In this document: one piece after another, positions 50,430-60,331 of the stretch
Numbering within the stretch: the first letter of the stretch is position 1
How the letters are laid out: the number at the start of each line of letters is the position of its first letter
Source: Nitrospirota bacterium
Lineage (GTDB): Bacteria; Nitrospirota; UBA9217
Length of the DNA stretch: 64,000 nucleotides
Direction: 5' to 3'
NCBI GenBank assembly: GCA_963737155.1
Contig: CAVTRN010000002.1
Coordinates: 800,001 to 864,000, forward strand
Program-made: the position numbers and the translations under genes
The notes under the pieces: generated by a model
Database searches by the model: none
What the model was told of the DNA's origin: nothing
Seen by the model: only the letters and a program-made list of their open reading frames with translations

Positions 50430-51161
50430 TCATCCCCTCCGTTCCAATACGACGTAAACGATATAGCCCATCACAAACAGGACCAGCACCGCGCCAAATG
50501 CGATGAATCCTATCTGGAAGGCATCGAGCTCCTCAGGAAACTCGGGTATGAACGGTGGTTTTTTACCGACAGTTTTCGCCTGAGCGATCTTGATCCGTAT
50601 GCCTGACAGCGCCTTCACCGTTGATGCAGTCACATCCATCGGGTCGATCTGATCGAACCCCGCCGTATCCTTGTGGCAGCTTTCACAGACCTTTGGTACC
50701 TCTGGCATGGCATTGCGGTGTGCATGGTGGCAAGTAACGCAGGAGGGCCCGCCTTTATTTTCAAGAAAGGCTGTGCCCATGATGCTCTTAGAGTACCGGT
50801 CGACGGACGCATTATGGCATCGGCTGCACAGGTCAAACAGTTTCCTGCCCGTCGGCTTGCCGATAAAGCCATGCGGTATCGACATTGCCTGTGACATTTT
50901 ATCCGCAAATGCCTGTCCGGCAATATTTTTGATGTTCTGCACATCGACATTCGGATCTCCCCCGTGACAGAGATCACAGGTTATGCCATTCTGCTGATGG
51001 ATCGAGCCTTTCCATTCCTTTACGGGTTTGCCAAGCTCAGCGTCCATAAACTCGTGGCACAGCACGCACGCCGATGGCTTCAGCTCAGCGCGTACGCTCG
51101 TTCCGAACAGTACGAGAGCCACTGCCCAGCACAGCGCAAATGCTCGTCTTGTTATCTCCAT
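50430..51161 (-). CDS. membrane-anchored pentaheme cytochrome c
   Basis: signal peptide; CVLCH, CDLCH, CSRCH, CVTCH, CESCH; C-terminal TM helix. Confidence 0.92.
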   Translation of the reverse strand: MEITRRAFALCWAVALVLFGTSVRAELKPSACVLCHEFMDAELGKPVKEWKGSIHQQNGITCDLCHGGDPNVDVQNIKNIAGQAFADKMSQAMSIPHGFIGKPTGRKLFDLCSRCHNASVDRYSKSIMGTAFLENKGGPSCVTCHHAHRNAMPEVPKVCESCHKDTAGFDQIDPMDVTASTVKALSGIRIKIAQAKTVGKKPPFIPEFPEELDAFQIGFIAFGAVLVLFVMGYIVYVVLERRG

Positions 51162-51655
51162 ACGATCGGTCCCCGAATTTGCGCTATATCTTATTTTAGT
51201 TAAAAATCCACCTCTCCATGCAGTGGTATTTAGTTAAAGAGGTGGGTAGGTCGCGCAAGCGAGATTATTAAATCTCAGCCGTGGAAACAGAATTCGAAAA
51301 AAGGTTCTTGTACCAGATTAACACAAGAAATCACAAAGTCAACCTCCTCCATCATGTCTTGCCTTCATTGATGTCCCCATGAGCCGCAGGATAAAACATA
51401 CAAAAGTGCTACAATCAAAAAAGTAGAGAAAATTGGAACCTGATTTGTTTTTTTTGGCCGTGGAGCGAGGATTCGTATCGCGTTCAGGACTATTGTTACG
51501 GGTTCTTTATTTTTAGGAATTTGGTCGTATTGATCAGAGTTGATATTTTAGTCGGATTGACATTGAATACGAGAGCGCTACCATAATAATAGAAAGAAGA
51601 AAAAGGAAGAGAGAATACAGCACTTTTTTTTCGGCCTTTTTCTAAGGAGGAGGTA

Positions 51656-52057
51656 TTGATCATGACCAGAAAGTCAATAAGGAGGACAGGATTGTTTAAG
51701 ACAGTAAATATCCTGGCCGGGTTCTTTGTTCTGCTCATTACCGTGCTTTTCAGTACGTCGATTACTAACAATGTATTTGCTGCCGGAAATCATCAGGCAG
51801 GAAAGAATGACGTGCTGAGTGGGGAGGTTGTCGTTGTTGACAATCTTCACCATATGGGCATGCTGACTCTGCTATCGAGTGAAATTGGCCAGTTCCCGAA
51901 CGACCAACTGAACATCTTTACGAATAAGGATACATCAGTGAAAATCTGCAATGAACGCGCATTTGAGAGAGATCTCAAAGTCAGCCGCAATGCAACAGTA
52001 ACGTATCACGAAGTTCAAGGACTGCCTCTTGCCACCTCTATTTCGGAAAAGTGCTGA
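51656..52057 (+). CDS. exported hypothetical protein (small beta-rich domain)
   Basis: RBS AAGGAGGAGG, signal peptide ending VFA, followed by a terminator. Confidence 0.75.
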   Translation: MIMTRKSIRRTGLFKTVNILAGFFVLLITVLFSTSITNNVFAAGNHQAGKNDVLSGEVVVVDNLHHMGMLTLLSSEIGQFPNDQLNIFTNKDTSVKICNERAFERDLKVSRNATVTYHEVQGLPLATSISEKC

Positions 52058-52080
52058 CGGCTTGTCAGTCCTCTCAAAGG

Positions 52081-52110
52081 AAGGCCCCGGACTTTTTTGG
52101 GGCCTTTCTT
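52081..52110 (+). terminator. intrinsic terminator
   Basis: AAGGCCCC...GGGGCCTT stem followed by T-rich bases. Confidence 0.65.
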
Positions 52111-52425
52111 GTGTGTGAGAAAGTCTGACTCGATTATCCCTCATCATCAGTATTTCGCCAATTCCCGGTGTAATGGCTCTATCGTCGCAAAGGCAGCGAG
52201 CGTCTCGGGCAATTATCGAACCAGGGACTGCAAAAAGCCACCTGTACTCCAGCGTATGGCAAAGTTTCCCGAGATCAGCGAACTTTTAAAAAGGTGTTTA
52301 GCGGCAATAATAAACAGTGGCGCAGCGGCCAGTTGCATGGTAATATCACGGCGCACTCCGAGCAGAAAGGCGTTGATTGGGAAAGGGATTGACCGGCATC
52401 CGCGAGTCAACACATTGCTAAAATC

Positions 52426-53661
52426 ATGCAAAATAGCGTTGATAAAATTGTAAGCAGCGCTTCTGAAGATGCTCAACGCACCGTCTTTAGGGTGCTCGGC
52501 GCCATCAGCTTTTCCCATTTCCTGAACGATATGATCCAGTCACTTATCCTTGCGATCTATCCGCTGCTCAAGGGTACGTTTCAGCTTAATTTTGCGCAGA
52601 TCGGGCTGATCACGCTGACTTACCAGAGCACTGCTTCGCTGCTTCAACCCATGGTCGGGCTTTACACTGATCGTCATCCCAAGCCGTACTCCCTGGCCTT
52701 CGGCATGGGATGCACACTCGTCGGCCTCCTGATCCTGGCTGAGGCGCAAAACTACGGGATGCTGCTCGTCGCCGCCGCGATCGTGGGCACCGGTTCTTCA
52801 ATCTTCCACCCCGAGTCGTCGCGCGTGGCCCGTATGGCCTCGGGTGGGCAACATGGGCTGGCCCAGTCGGTATTCCAGGTCGGTGGGAATATGGGCAGCG
52901 CGATGGGTCCACTGCTTGCTGCGTGGATCATCATCCCCCGAGGACAGCGGAGCGTCGCGTGGTTCTCGCTTGCGGCTCTCCTGGCCATCGCGGTATTGTT
53001 ACAGGTTGGCCACTGGTACCGGCGGAGGCAGAAGCTTGCTGTACACGGAATGAGGCAGCATCAACGCTCGCACCCGGCATTGCCGAAGCGCACGATCATT
53101 CTGTCGATGCTGATTCTGCTGGTGCTGATCTTTTCCAAGTTCATTTATCTGTCGAGTCTCAGCAGCTATTATATTTTCTATCTGATGCACCGCTTCCACC
53201 TATCCGTGCAATCCGCGCAGATGCACCTTTTTGCATTTTTGTTTGCAGTGGCAATCGGTACGGTCATGGGTGGGCCCATTGGCGACAGAATCGGCAGAAA
53301 GCGCGTGATATGGTTCTCGATCCTGGGCGCCGCGCCCTTCGCGCTTGCCATGCCCTATGCGAATCTTGCATGGACGGGTGCCCTCTCCGTCATTATCGGG
53401 CTCATCCTGTCTTCCGCTTTCTCGGCCATTCTCGTTTTTGCGCAGGAACTCATTCCGGGAAAAGTGGGGACCGTATCCGGCCTCTTCTTCGGCCTCGCCT
53501 TCGGCATGGCCGGAATAGGCGCTGCTGTCCTCGGCAAGATTGCGGACCATTACGGCATAGAATTTGTTTATCATCTGTGCTCCTATCTCCCCCTGCTCGG
53601 AGTGTGGACTGCCTTTTTGCCCGACCTCAGACGCAGGACCGACTCATCATCTGTAGTTTAG
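52426..53661 (+). CDS. fsr: MFS transporter, Fsr (fosmidomycin resistance) family
   Basis: SHFLNDMIQS, SSIFHPE, GLAQSVFQVGGN, GGPIGDRIGRK. Confidence 0.9.
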   Translation: MQNSVDKIVSSASEDAQRTVFRVLGAISFSHFLNDMIQSLILAIYPLLKGTFQLNFAQIGLITLTYQSTASLLQPMVGLYTDRHPKPYSLAFGMGCTLVGLLILAEAQNYGMLLVAAAIVGTGSSIFHPESSRVARMASGGQHGLAQSVFQVGGNMGSAMGPLLAAWIIIPRGQRSVAWFSLAALLAIAVLLQVGHWYRRRQKLAVHGMRQHQRSHPALPKRTIILSMLILLVLIFSKFIYLSSLSSYYIFYLMHRFHLSVQSAQMHLFAFLFAVAIGTVMGGPIGDRIGRKRVIWFSILGAAPFALAMPYANLAWTGALSVIIGLILSSAFSAILVFAQELIPGKVGTVSGLFFGLAFGMAGIGAAVLGKIADHYGIEFVYHLCSYLPLLGVWTAFLPDLRRRTDSSSVV

Positions 53662-53854
53662 CAGTAATCCGGTTCCAGCACTCTTCTGAACACTTTCCCT
53701 GTCTAAAGCCGTAGGGTTCTAACGGCGGTATCGGCCATCTCCTTGGCAATGAAGGTGCGTTTGCCAATCTTGATTATTGTTGATCCGTCCTTAACGGGCA
53801 AGCAGCTTTATTTAAACATGTCATGCAGATGAGGAAATTGTCAACCTAATGCCA

Positions 53855-53941
53855 AAACGTTGCTTATCAGGTTGCTTTAAAATAGCGTCCTATATCTCTC
53901 AGAAGAGACAACGGGGTTTTACTGCGCGGATGATAAAATTG
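53855..53941 (-). repeat. dispersed ~90-bp repeat, copy 2
   Basis: reverse complement matches the conserved blocks of 40217..40304. Confidence 0.7.
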
Positions 53942-53969
53942 TCAAAAGATGGTATAAGTATCAATAACC

Positions 53970-54908
53970 ATGAAGATCATTTCTCTTATTGCAATAGTCA
54001 CTCTATGGGTCATTCCCAGCAATGCATGGTGCGCCAAAGAATACAAGTATGGCAAGCAGAATGAAGTTTTGGGAAGTTTAGGGCAGTATACCGTTAATGA
54101 TCAGGAATCCTTATACGAAATAGCAAGGTCATTTAAAACGGGGTACAACGGGATTACTGCAGCAAATCCCGGCGTTGACCCCTATGTTCCCGGAAAAGGA
54201 ACGCAACTCATTCTCCCTACCTCATGGATACTTCCCGATGCGCCGCGAGGCAAGGGCTTAGTTATAAACATCTCAGAAATGCGACTTTATTATTTTTTCC
54301 GTCGGCATGGCATGCGGAGGGTAAGAACATATCCCATAGGAATTGGCGATGAGGGGGCAGACACGCCTCTCGGGACATTTCGGGTGATCGAGAAGATTAA
54401 GCATCCTGCTTGGTATGTGCCTGCTTCCATCAGAAAGGAAAAACCAGAGCTTCCCGAAGTGGTGCCTCCAGGTCCGAATAATCCCATGGGTGCCTATGCG
54501 CTGCGGCTTTCGCTCAAAACCATTCTTATCCATGGTACGGATATACCATGGGGAATTGGGCGGAGGGTAAGCCATGGATGCCTCCGGCTGTATCCCGAGG
54601 ACATTAAAGAACTCTTTCATATTGTCCCTATCAACACGAAGGTGACCATCGTAGACCAACCGGTGAAGTTTGGTTTTAAGCGAGGTAAAATCTATGTAGA
54701 AGTGCATGAAGATCCGGAGCGGAAAAATTACGATTATCTAGGTGAGACCATGAGTCTGTTAAAACAAAAAAGATTACTTGACCGCGTTGATATAAATAAG
54801 CTTCGTGCTGCGGTGAGTGAAATGCGGGGATTCCCGGTGGATGTTTCCACGGAAATAAAGCGGGGCCCGACAGCAACCAGCATCCACCAAGATATCAAAA
54901 CTGATTGA
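53970..54908 (+). CDS. LysM-containing L,D-transpeptidase (ErfK/YbiS/YcfS/YnhG family)
   Basis: ANPGVDP LysM-like segment, INISEMRLYY, PPGPNNPMG, IHGT..GRRVSHGCLRL. Confidence 0.93.
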   Translation: MKIISLIAIVTLWVIPSNAWCAKEYKYGKQNEVLGSLGQYTVNDQESLYEIARSFKTGYNGITAANPGVDPYVPGKGTQLILPTSWILPDAPRGKGLVINISEMRLYYFFRRHGMRRVRTYPIGIGDEGADTPLGTFRVIEKIKHPAWYVPASIRKEKPELPEVVPPGPNNPMGAYALRLSLKTILIHGTDIPWGIGRRVSHGCLRLYPEDIKELFHIVPINTKVTIVDQPVKFGFKRGKIYVEVHEDPERKNYDYLGETMSLLKQKRLLDRVDINKLRAAVSEMRGFPVDVSTEIKRGPTATSIHQDIKTD

Positions 54909-55048
54909 ACAAAAAGAGTCGCTGATCCGACAAAAGATAACGTTGCATATTCATTGAAAACTTTTAAGAGAGAGCGGAAAGCAAGTAAGTAGGCTATGCA
55001 TACACGATGATACGATTCACGGCCAATAGTGCTTGACTCCGTCGGCGA

Positions 55049-57973
55049 GTGATCATGACAGCAGACAAAGAACTCAATCTTGAAGAAAAAATACACGAGA
55101 CGGGCCTTGAGCTTTTTTCCGCGATAAGGGAAGCCCCACCGGTGTTTGACGTCAAGAGGTGGACCGGCAGTATCATGGATTGGTCCATGAAGCACGAGGA
55201 TTTCAAGATCAGGCTCTTTCGGTTCATCGATGTGCTGCCGTCGCTCAGGACCGACGAGCAGGTTGTCCGCATGCTGCAGGAGTATTTCTCCGACGAGAGC
55301 GATGTGCCGAGGTTCATCAGTGCCGGCATCGGCATGCTCGTCGGGAAAGCGCTTGTTCCCGCCATTGCCGGCCCGGTGATCAGAAAAAGCATTGAGTCCA
55401 TGGCTCTGCAGTTCATCGCAGGAAAGGACGCCAAGGGCATCAAGAATGCTATCAACACGCTGAGGAAAGAGGGCAGCCGTTTCAGTATTGATCTTTTGGG
55501 CGAGGCGGTTGTGAGCGACAAGGAGGCTGCGGAGTACGCGCACCGCTATCTGGCGCTTTTGGATTTCATCCATGAGAGCTTCGCGGATGAAGCTGGTCCG
55601 GATGTGTCGATCAAGGTCTCTTCGCTGGATTCCCGGCTTGACCCCCTTGACAGGGAAGGTTCCATCGTCAGAAGCGGTGAGCATCTTCGGCCGATTCTCC
55701 GAAAAGCAAAAGCGCTCGGCATATCGGTTACTTTTGATATGGAGCAGTATTATGATAAAGACCTCGCCATTGCAATTTTTAAAAGCATTCTTGGGGAAGA
55801 GGAATTCAGAGAGCTTCCGACGGCAGGTATAGCGCTCCAGGCATATCTTAAGGACACGGAACAGGATATTTTGGCCTTGACAAAATGGGCGCGGGGACAA
55901 TCGAGGAAGATCATAATCCGCCTCGTAAAAGGCGCCTACTGGGACTATGAAGTTGTCGTGAACCGGCAGAAGGGTTGGCCCGTGCCGGTCTTCTTGAACA
56001 AGCAGGAAACCGACCTTAACTTTGAACGACTCACGCGGCTGCTCTTCGAAAACCTCGACGCAGTCCGTCCCGCAATTGCCACGCATAATTTAAGAAGCAT
56101 CAGCCACGCAATTGCTCTAGTCGACGTGCTGAACATTCCCAAGCAGGACTTCGAATTTCAGATACTCTACGGCATGGCTGATGCCGTCCGCTTAGCGCTG
56201 CATGAACGCGGGCTTAACGTGCGGACGTATACTCCTGTCGGGGAATTGATCCCGGGCATGGCTTACCTGGTCCGACGGCTTCTGGAAAACACGTCTAACG
56301 AGTCTTTCCTCAGAAAATCCTTTAGCGAGAAGATTGCCTTTGACGAACTGATCGCGGCCCCCCAAGCACCTCGAAGGGCCTCCGAAGAGAAGGCACCGGA
56401 CAACGCCTTTCGGAACGAACCTCTTATTGACTTCTCCATTTACGTGAATAGAGGAAAGATGACTGAGGCGCTCCGGGCCGCCAAAGAGAACCGGAATCGC
56501 GAGTATCCGCTCCTTATCGGCGACCGTGAGGTCACGACGGAGCGGAAAATCCTGTCATATAATCCGGCAAGTTCCCGGGACATCGTGAGAACGGTATTCT
56601 CGGCAGGGATACCGGAGGCCGATACAGCGATTGCCGAAGCCCACAAAGCAGCCGTATCGTGGCGAAGGGTTGAGCCTGAAAAGAGGGCAGCATATCTTTT
56701 CAAGGCAGCCGAAACCATGCGAAAACAGCGTTTTGAGCTTGCGGCTCTGGAGGTCCTCGAGGTCGGGAAAACATGGATTGACGCGGACGGCGACGTGTGC
56801 GAAGCGATCGATTATCTCGAATATTATGGCCGGGAGATTAAGCGGTTCGCCGGCAAGAAAGTCCTCCAGGAGTATCCGGGCGAGAGCAATGAATACTTAT
56901 ACCAGCCAAAAGGGGTTGGTGTCGTCATAGCCCCCTGGAATTTTCCCCTGGCGATTGCGATGGGAATGGTCTCTGCGGCCATAGTGACCGGGAACTGCGT
57001 ACTTTTCAAACCTTCAGGCCTTTCGCCGGTCCTTGGATACAAACTTGCCGAGACGTTGATGTCCGTGGGCCTCCCTGCGGGCGTGCTTCAATTTCTTCCG
57101 GGACCGGGGAGCGAAGTAGGAGACTATCTTGTTTCACATCCTGCCATCGATTTCATCTCTTTTACCGGGTCTAAAGATGTCGGCCTCAGGATTGTACAAC
57201 AGGCAGGGGAGACGAAGCCCAGTCAACGCAATGTGAAAAAGGTAATTGCTGAAATGGGAGGAAAAAATGCGATCATTGTGGATGAGACTGCCGATCTTGA
57301 CGAGGCGGTGAAAGGCATCATTGAATCGGCCTTCGGATACCAGGGGCAGAAATGTTCAGCTTGTTCTCGCGTGATTGTCGTTGGAGAAATATTCGACATC
57401 CTTTGCAATCGCCTCGTAGATGCGGCTGATAGCCTTCGGATCGGCCCGCCTGAAGACCCGGCCAATATTCTCGGGCCTATCATTGATGATGCTGCGCTTA
57501 AAAAGGTCCAGGCATACATAGAGCTCGGAAAAAGGGAAGGAAAAGCGGTCCTTGAAAAAAAAGCATCTTCCTCTGGATATTTCGTGGGCCCCGCCATCTT
57601 CATTAACGCGCCTCCACGGTCCCGCATTGCGACTGAGGAGATTTTTGGGCCCGTGCTTACGATCATGAGGGCAAAAAATCTCGATGAGGCGATCGGAATG
57701 GCCACTGAAAGCGTCTATGCACTTACCGGAGGCCTCTTTTCGCGTAGCCCTGCTGCAATACAGAAGGCGAAAGAGGAATTCAATGTTGGCAACCTTTATA
57801 TCAACAGGAAGATTACAGGAGCGCTTGTGGGAAGACAGCCGTTCGGGGGATTCGGCATGTCTGGAGTGGGATCAAAAACCGGTGGACCGGATTACCTTCT
57901 CCAGTTCATGAATCCCGTAAGTATAAGTGAAAATACGCTCAGAAGGGGATTCGCGCCTTTTCGAAGAGATTAA
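55049..57973 (+). CDS. putA: bifunctional proline dehydrogenase / P5C dehydrogenase
   Basis: LFRFIDVLP, DLLGE, RLVKGAYWD, ATHN, YLVRRLLENTSN; ALDH motifs PWNFP, FTGS, EMGGKN, GQKCSAC. Confidence 0.96.
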   Translation: MIMTADKELNLEEKIHETGLELFSAIREAPPVFDVKRWTGSIMDWSMKHEDFKIRLFRFIDVLPSLRTDEQVVRMLQEYFSDESDVPRFISAGIGMLVGKALVPAIAGPVIRKSIESMALQFIAGKDAKGIKNAINTLRKEGSRFSIDLLGEAVVSDKEAAEYAHRYLALLDFIHESFADEAGPDVSIKVSSLDSRLDPLDREGSIVRSGEHLRPILRKAKALGISVTFDMEQYYDKDLAIAIFKSILGEEEFRELPTAGIALQAYLKDTEQDILALTKWARGQSRKIIIRLVKGAYWDYEVVVNRQKGWPVPVFLNKQETDLNFERLTRLLFENLDAVRPAIATHNLRSISHAIALVDVLNIPKQDFEFQILYGMADAVRLALHERGLNVRTYTPVGELIPGMAYLVRRLLENTSNESFLRKSFSEKIAFDELIAAPQAPRRASEEKAPDNAFRNEPLIDFSIYVNRGKMTEALRAAKENRNREYPLLIGDREVTTERKILSYNPASSRDIVRTVFSAGIPEADTAIAEAHKAAVSWRRVEPEKRAAYLFKAAETMRKQRFELAALEVLEVGKTWIDADGDVCEAIDYLEYYGREIKRFAGKKVLQEYPGESNEYLYQPKGVGVVIAPWNFPLAIAMGMVSAAIVTGNCVLFKPSGLSPVLGYKLAETLMSVGLPAGVLQFLPGPGSEVGDYLVSHPAIDFISFTGSKDVGLRIVQQAGETKPSQRNVKKVIAEMGGKNAIIVDETADLDEAVKGIIESAFGYQGQKCSACSRVIVVGEIFDILCNRLVDAADSLRIGPPEDPANILGPIIDDAALKKVQAYIELGKREGKAVLEKKASSSGYFVGPAIFINAPPRSRIATEEIFGPVLTIMRAKNLDEAIGMATESVYALTGGLFSRSPAAIQKAKEEFNVGNLYINRKITGALVGRQPFGGFGMSGVGSKTGGPDYLLQFMNPVSISENTLRRGFAPFRRD

Positions 57974-57979
57974 GTGCAG

Positions 57980-58205
57980 ACTAGAAACGCCTCCGTCACT
58001 TTGCGAGCGGTCTCTCCGATGATTTCGATATTGCGTTCGACTGCGTCACGTAGCACCTCGTTTTCAACGAACTCCTCCTGTTTTATTCCTTAACAAAACG
58101 GCGTACTTTCTCTGCTGCTTGAAACATGTCCAGAAGATATGCGGCATCCCGTTCATTAGGCCGCATACAGGACCTCCTTCGTCGTGAGGGTCGAGTGTTT
58201 ACGGA
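57980..58205 (-). pseudogene. remnant of an MNT-HepT (DUF86) toxin-antitoxin pair
   Basis: ..TTKEVLYAA* overlaps MRPNERDAAYLLDMFQAAEKV (ATG 58166); frameshift to LRDAVERNIEIIGETARKV; truncated before the RxxxxH motif. Confidence 0.75.
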
Positions 58206-58832
58206 AAGCAATGGGAATCCACACTACGTTACAAATACCCCAAAAAATGAAGTTCCCAGTGGGTATTTATAGTTTTGTTGAAGACAAGGATAAGAGCCAA
58301 AGATATTTCTACATCGTTTGTAAGTCAAACTAGTCCTTTAAAAACAATATATTATAGCAAGTAACGGCGATTACAGATCGGTATAAATTCAAGCCTAATG
58401 AGCCGGTGAAAAATTGAAGCATCTTATTGATTTTGAATGAAACCATCATGTTAACCGCCGTTTTTAGGCTTAAGGAATCTAACAACCCATTCCCCAAGAC
58501 GCTTGCCTGTAGAATAACGGCACACCTTAAGAGTGATATTATTATAGTGACGGTGGAATGAGACAACAGAGACTTATTCAGGCGTTCCCCTCATGAGAAC
58601 GCGTTATAAAAAAATACCTATATGTGCTCACTACCTGTCAAAGTCGGATTCCGCGAAAAGATTTTCCTTGAAGTCATCAGTCTTGATGACATCGAAACAA
58701 GGGATATCGTAAGTCTCCCAGGGAGGGGAGCTTCGTATTGTTAAGTGGCTTCCCTTTAGTTAGCGCGGATGCGGCCAGGAAGCTACCTGCAGGGGAGCGA
58801 AGTGTGAGGTAAAGAGCTATTTCCGATGCTTA

Positions 58833-59947
58833 TTAACCGTCTCATAATAGTATTGACATAATCTTGCATCTGTGGTATAGTTATTTTCATGAAGAAAAAA
58901 GCAGATGCGAGAAATCTTGACCATAAAACTCTGACTGAGCTCAGAAAGCGTGCGGTAAATAGTGTCCAGGAAGGACAAAGCCCCGAACTGGTGGCCAAAG
59001 CCCTGGGTATAAATCGCGTCACCATCTATGGCTGGTTGGCACGATATCGAAACGGGGGCTGGGGTGCTCTTGATGCCAACAAACGAGGCGGTCGCCCGCC
59101 AAAAATGGATGCTAAGGCTATAGAATGGGTTTATCGTACTGTGACCACGAAAAATCCGCTTCAGTTGAAGTTTACCTATGCCCTGTGGACAGCGAAGATC
59201 ATTGGGCAGGTAATATATAAGCGATTTGGTATGAGATTGAGCAAAGCATCCGTTTGTCGTTTGCTGGGACAGTTGGGATTGACTCCACAGCGTCCTGTTT
59301 GGCGTGCCTATCAGCAAAAGCCGGCAGCGGTTCAGGAGTGGCTGGAGAAGGAGTATCCTCGGATACGAAGCATGGCGCGTCGCATGAAGGCTCAAATCTT
59401 CTTTGGAGATGAAGCTGGCGTTCGCTCTGATCATCATGCGGGCACCACTTGGGCCATGAAGGGTGAGACCCCGATTGTGAGCAGCACAGGAGCGCGCTTC
59501 GGATTGAATATGATTTCGGCTGTTAGTGCACAAGGCGAATTTAGGTTCATGGTAGTCAAAGGTCGCGTAGCGTCGCAGCAATTTATTGAATTCATAAAGC
59601 GGCTTATTCAAGGCAGCAAACGGATGATATTTCTCATCGTTGATGGTCATCCGTCACACAAGTCTCGCAAGGTTTCTAACTATATTGAAACCATTAAGGA
59701 AAAGTTTCGTCTGTTCTTTTTACCGCCGTATTCTCCAGAGCTGAATCCCGATGAGAGAGTCTGGAATGACCTGAAGAACAATGCAGTTGGTCGTCAGGCA
59801 ATTAGTTCACCGGAACAATTACATGGTGCAGTAGTCAGTCATTTGAGGTTTATCCAAAAGTCTCCTGATCGTGTGCGCGCTTACTTTAATAACGAAACAA
59901 CAAAGTATGCGGCATAATTAGTGTTAATACTATTATGAGACGATTAA
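58833..59947 (+). mobile_element. intact IS630-family insertion sequence
   Basis: 26-bp terminal IRs (TTAACCGTCTCATAATAGTATTGACA, 2 mismatches), TA duplication at 58831-58832 and 59948-59949, internal TTGACA-17-TATAGT promoter. Confidence 0.93.
58889..59917 (+). CDS. IS630 family DDE transposase
   Basis: N-terminal HTH, FGDEAG, IVDGHPSH, LPPYSPELNPDE. Confidence 0.96.
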   Translation: MKKKADARNLDHKTLTELRKRAVNSVQEGQSPELVAKALGINRVTIYGWLARYRNGGWGALDANKRGGRPPKMDAKAIEWVYRTVTTKNPLQLKFTYALWTAKIIGQVIYKRFGMRLSKASVCRLLGQLGLTPQRPVWRAYQQKPAAVQEWLEKEYPRIRSMARRMKAQIFFGDEAGVRSDHHAGTTWAMKGETPIVSSTGARFGLNMISAVSAQGEFRFMVVKGRVASQQFIEFIKRLIQGSKRMIFLIVDGHPSHKSRKVSNYIETIKEKFRLFFLPPYSPELNPDERVWNDLKNNAVGRQAISSPEQLHGAVVSHLRFIQKSPDRVRAYFNNETTKYAA

Positions 59948-59986
59948 TAGTGGTTGCGATTGCAGCCTTTCAGAAGGGATGGTCGG

Positions 59987-60208
59987 ATGAAAATGGAAAA
60001 GCGATCGTTTAAAGTAGAGGAACGATTTTGCGAAGAATGCGCCATGGCGTTGAGAAGGTTCATCGGCCATATGGATGGAATCGAGTCGATTGACGTTGAA
60101 AACAAAATGATCGCGGTTGTTTTTAATCCGTCAAAGATGCCCGAAGAAAAGCTTGACAGGATTACAAAAGACAGCTTGGAAAAGCTCGGCCATACGTTGA
60201 TAAAGTAA
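59987..60208 (+). CDS. heavy-metal-associated (HMA/CopZ-like) small protein
   Basis: CEEC in a ferredoxin-like pattern ending LEKLGH. Confidence 0.75.
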   Translation: MKMEKRSFKVEERFCEECAMALRRFIGHMDGIESIDVENKMIAVVFNPSKMPEEKLDRITKDSLEKLGHTLIK

Positions 60209-60331
60209 TGGCCTTTGAGCGGGCAGATATGTAGCCAGGATCCTGTGCACCGCTCGGCTAAAAAGGAGGTAGCGTGTACCGCGCTGATGCTATGAGCAGT
60301 CTTTTCGGTGTGAGCACGCTGTACTAAGAGT

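Noticed and set aside
52923-53714. 263-aa alternative-frame ORF
   Set aside because: Lies almost wholly inside fsr in another frame; low-complexity Arg/Pro-rich shadow ORF
54734-56086. 450-aa minus-strand ORF
   Set aside because: Mostly antisense to putA and the Ldt gene; no recognisable motifs
58817-59650. 277-aa minus-strand ORF
   Set aside because: Antisense shadow of the IS630 transposase
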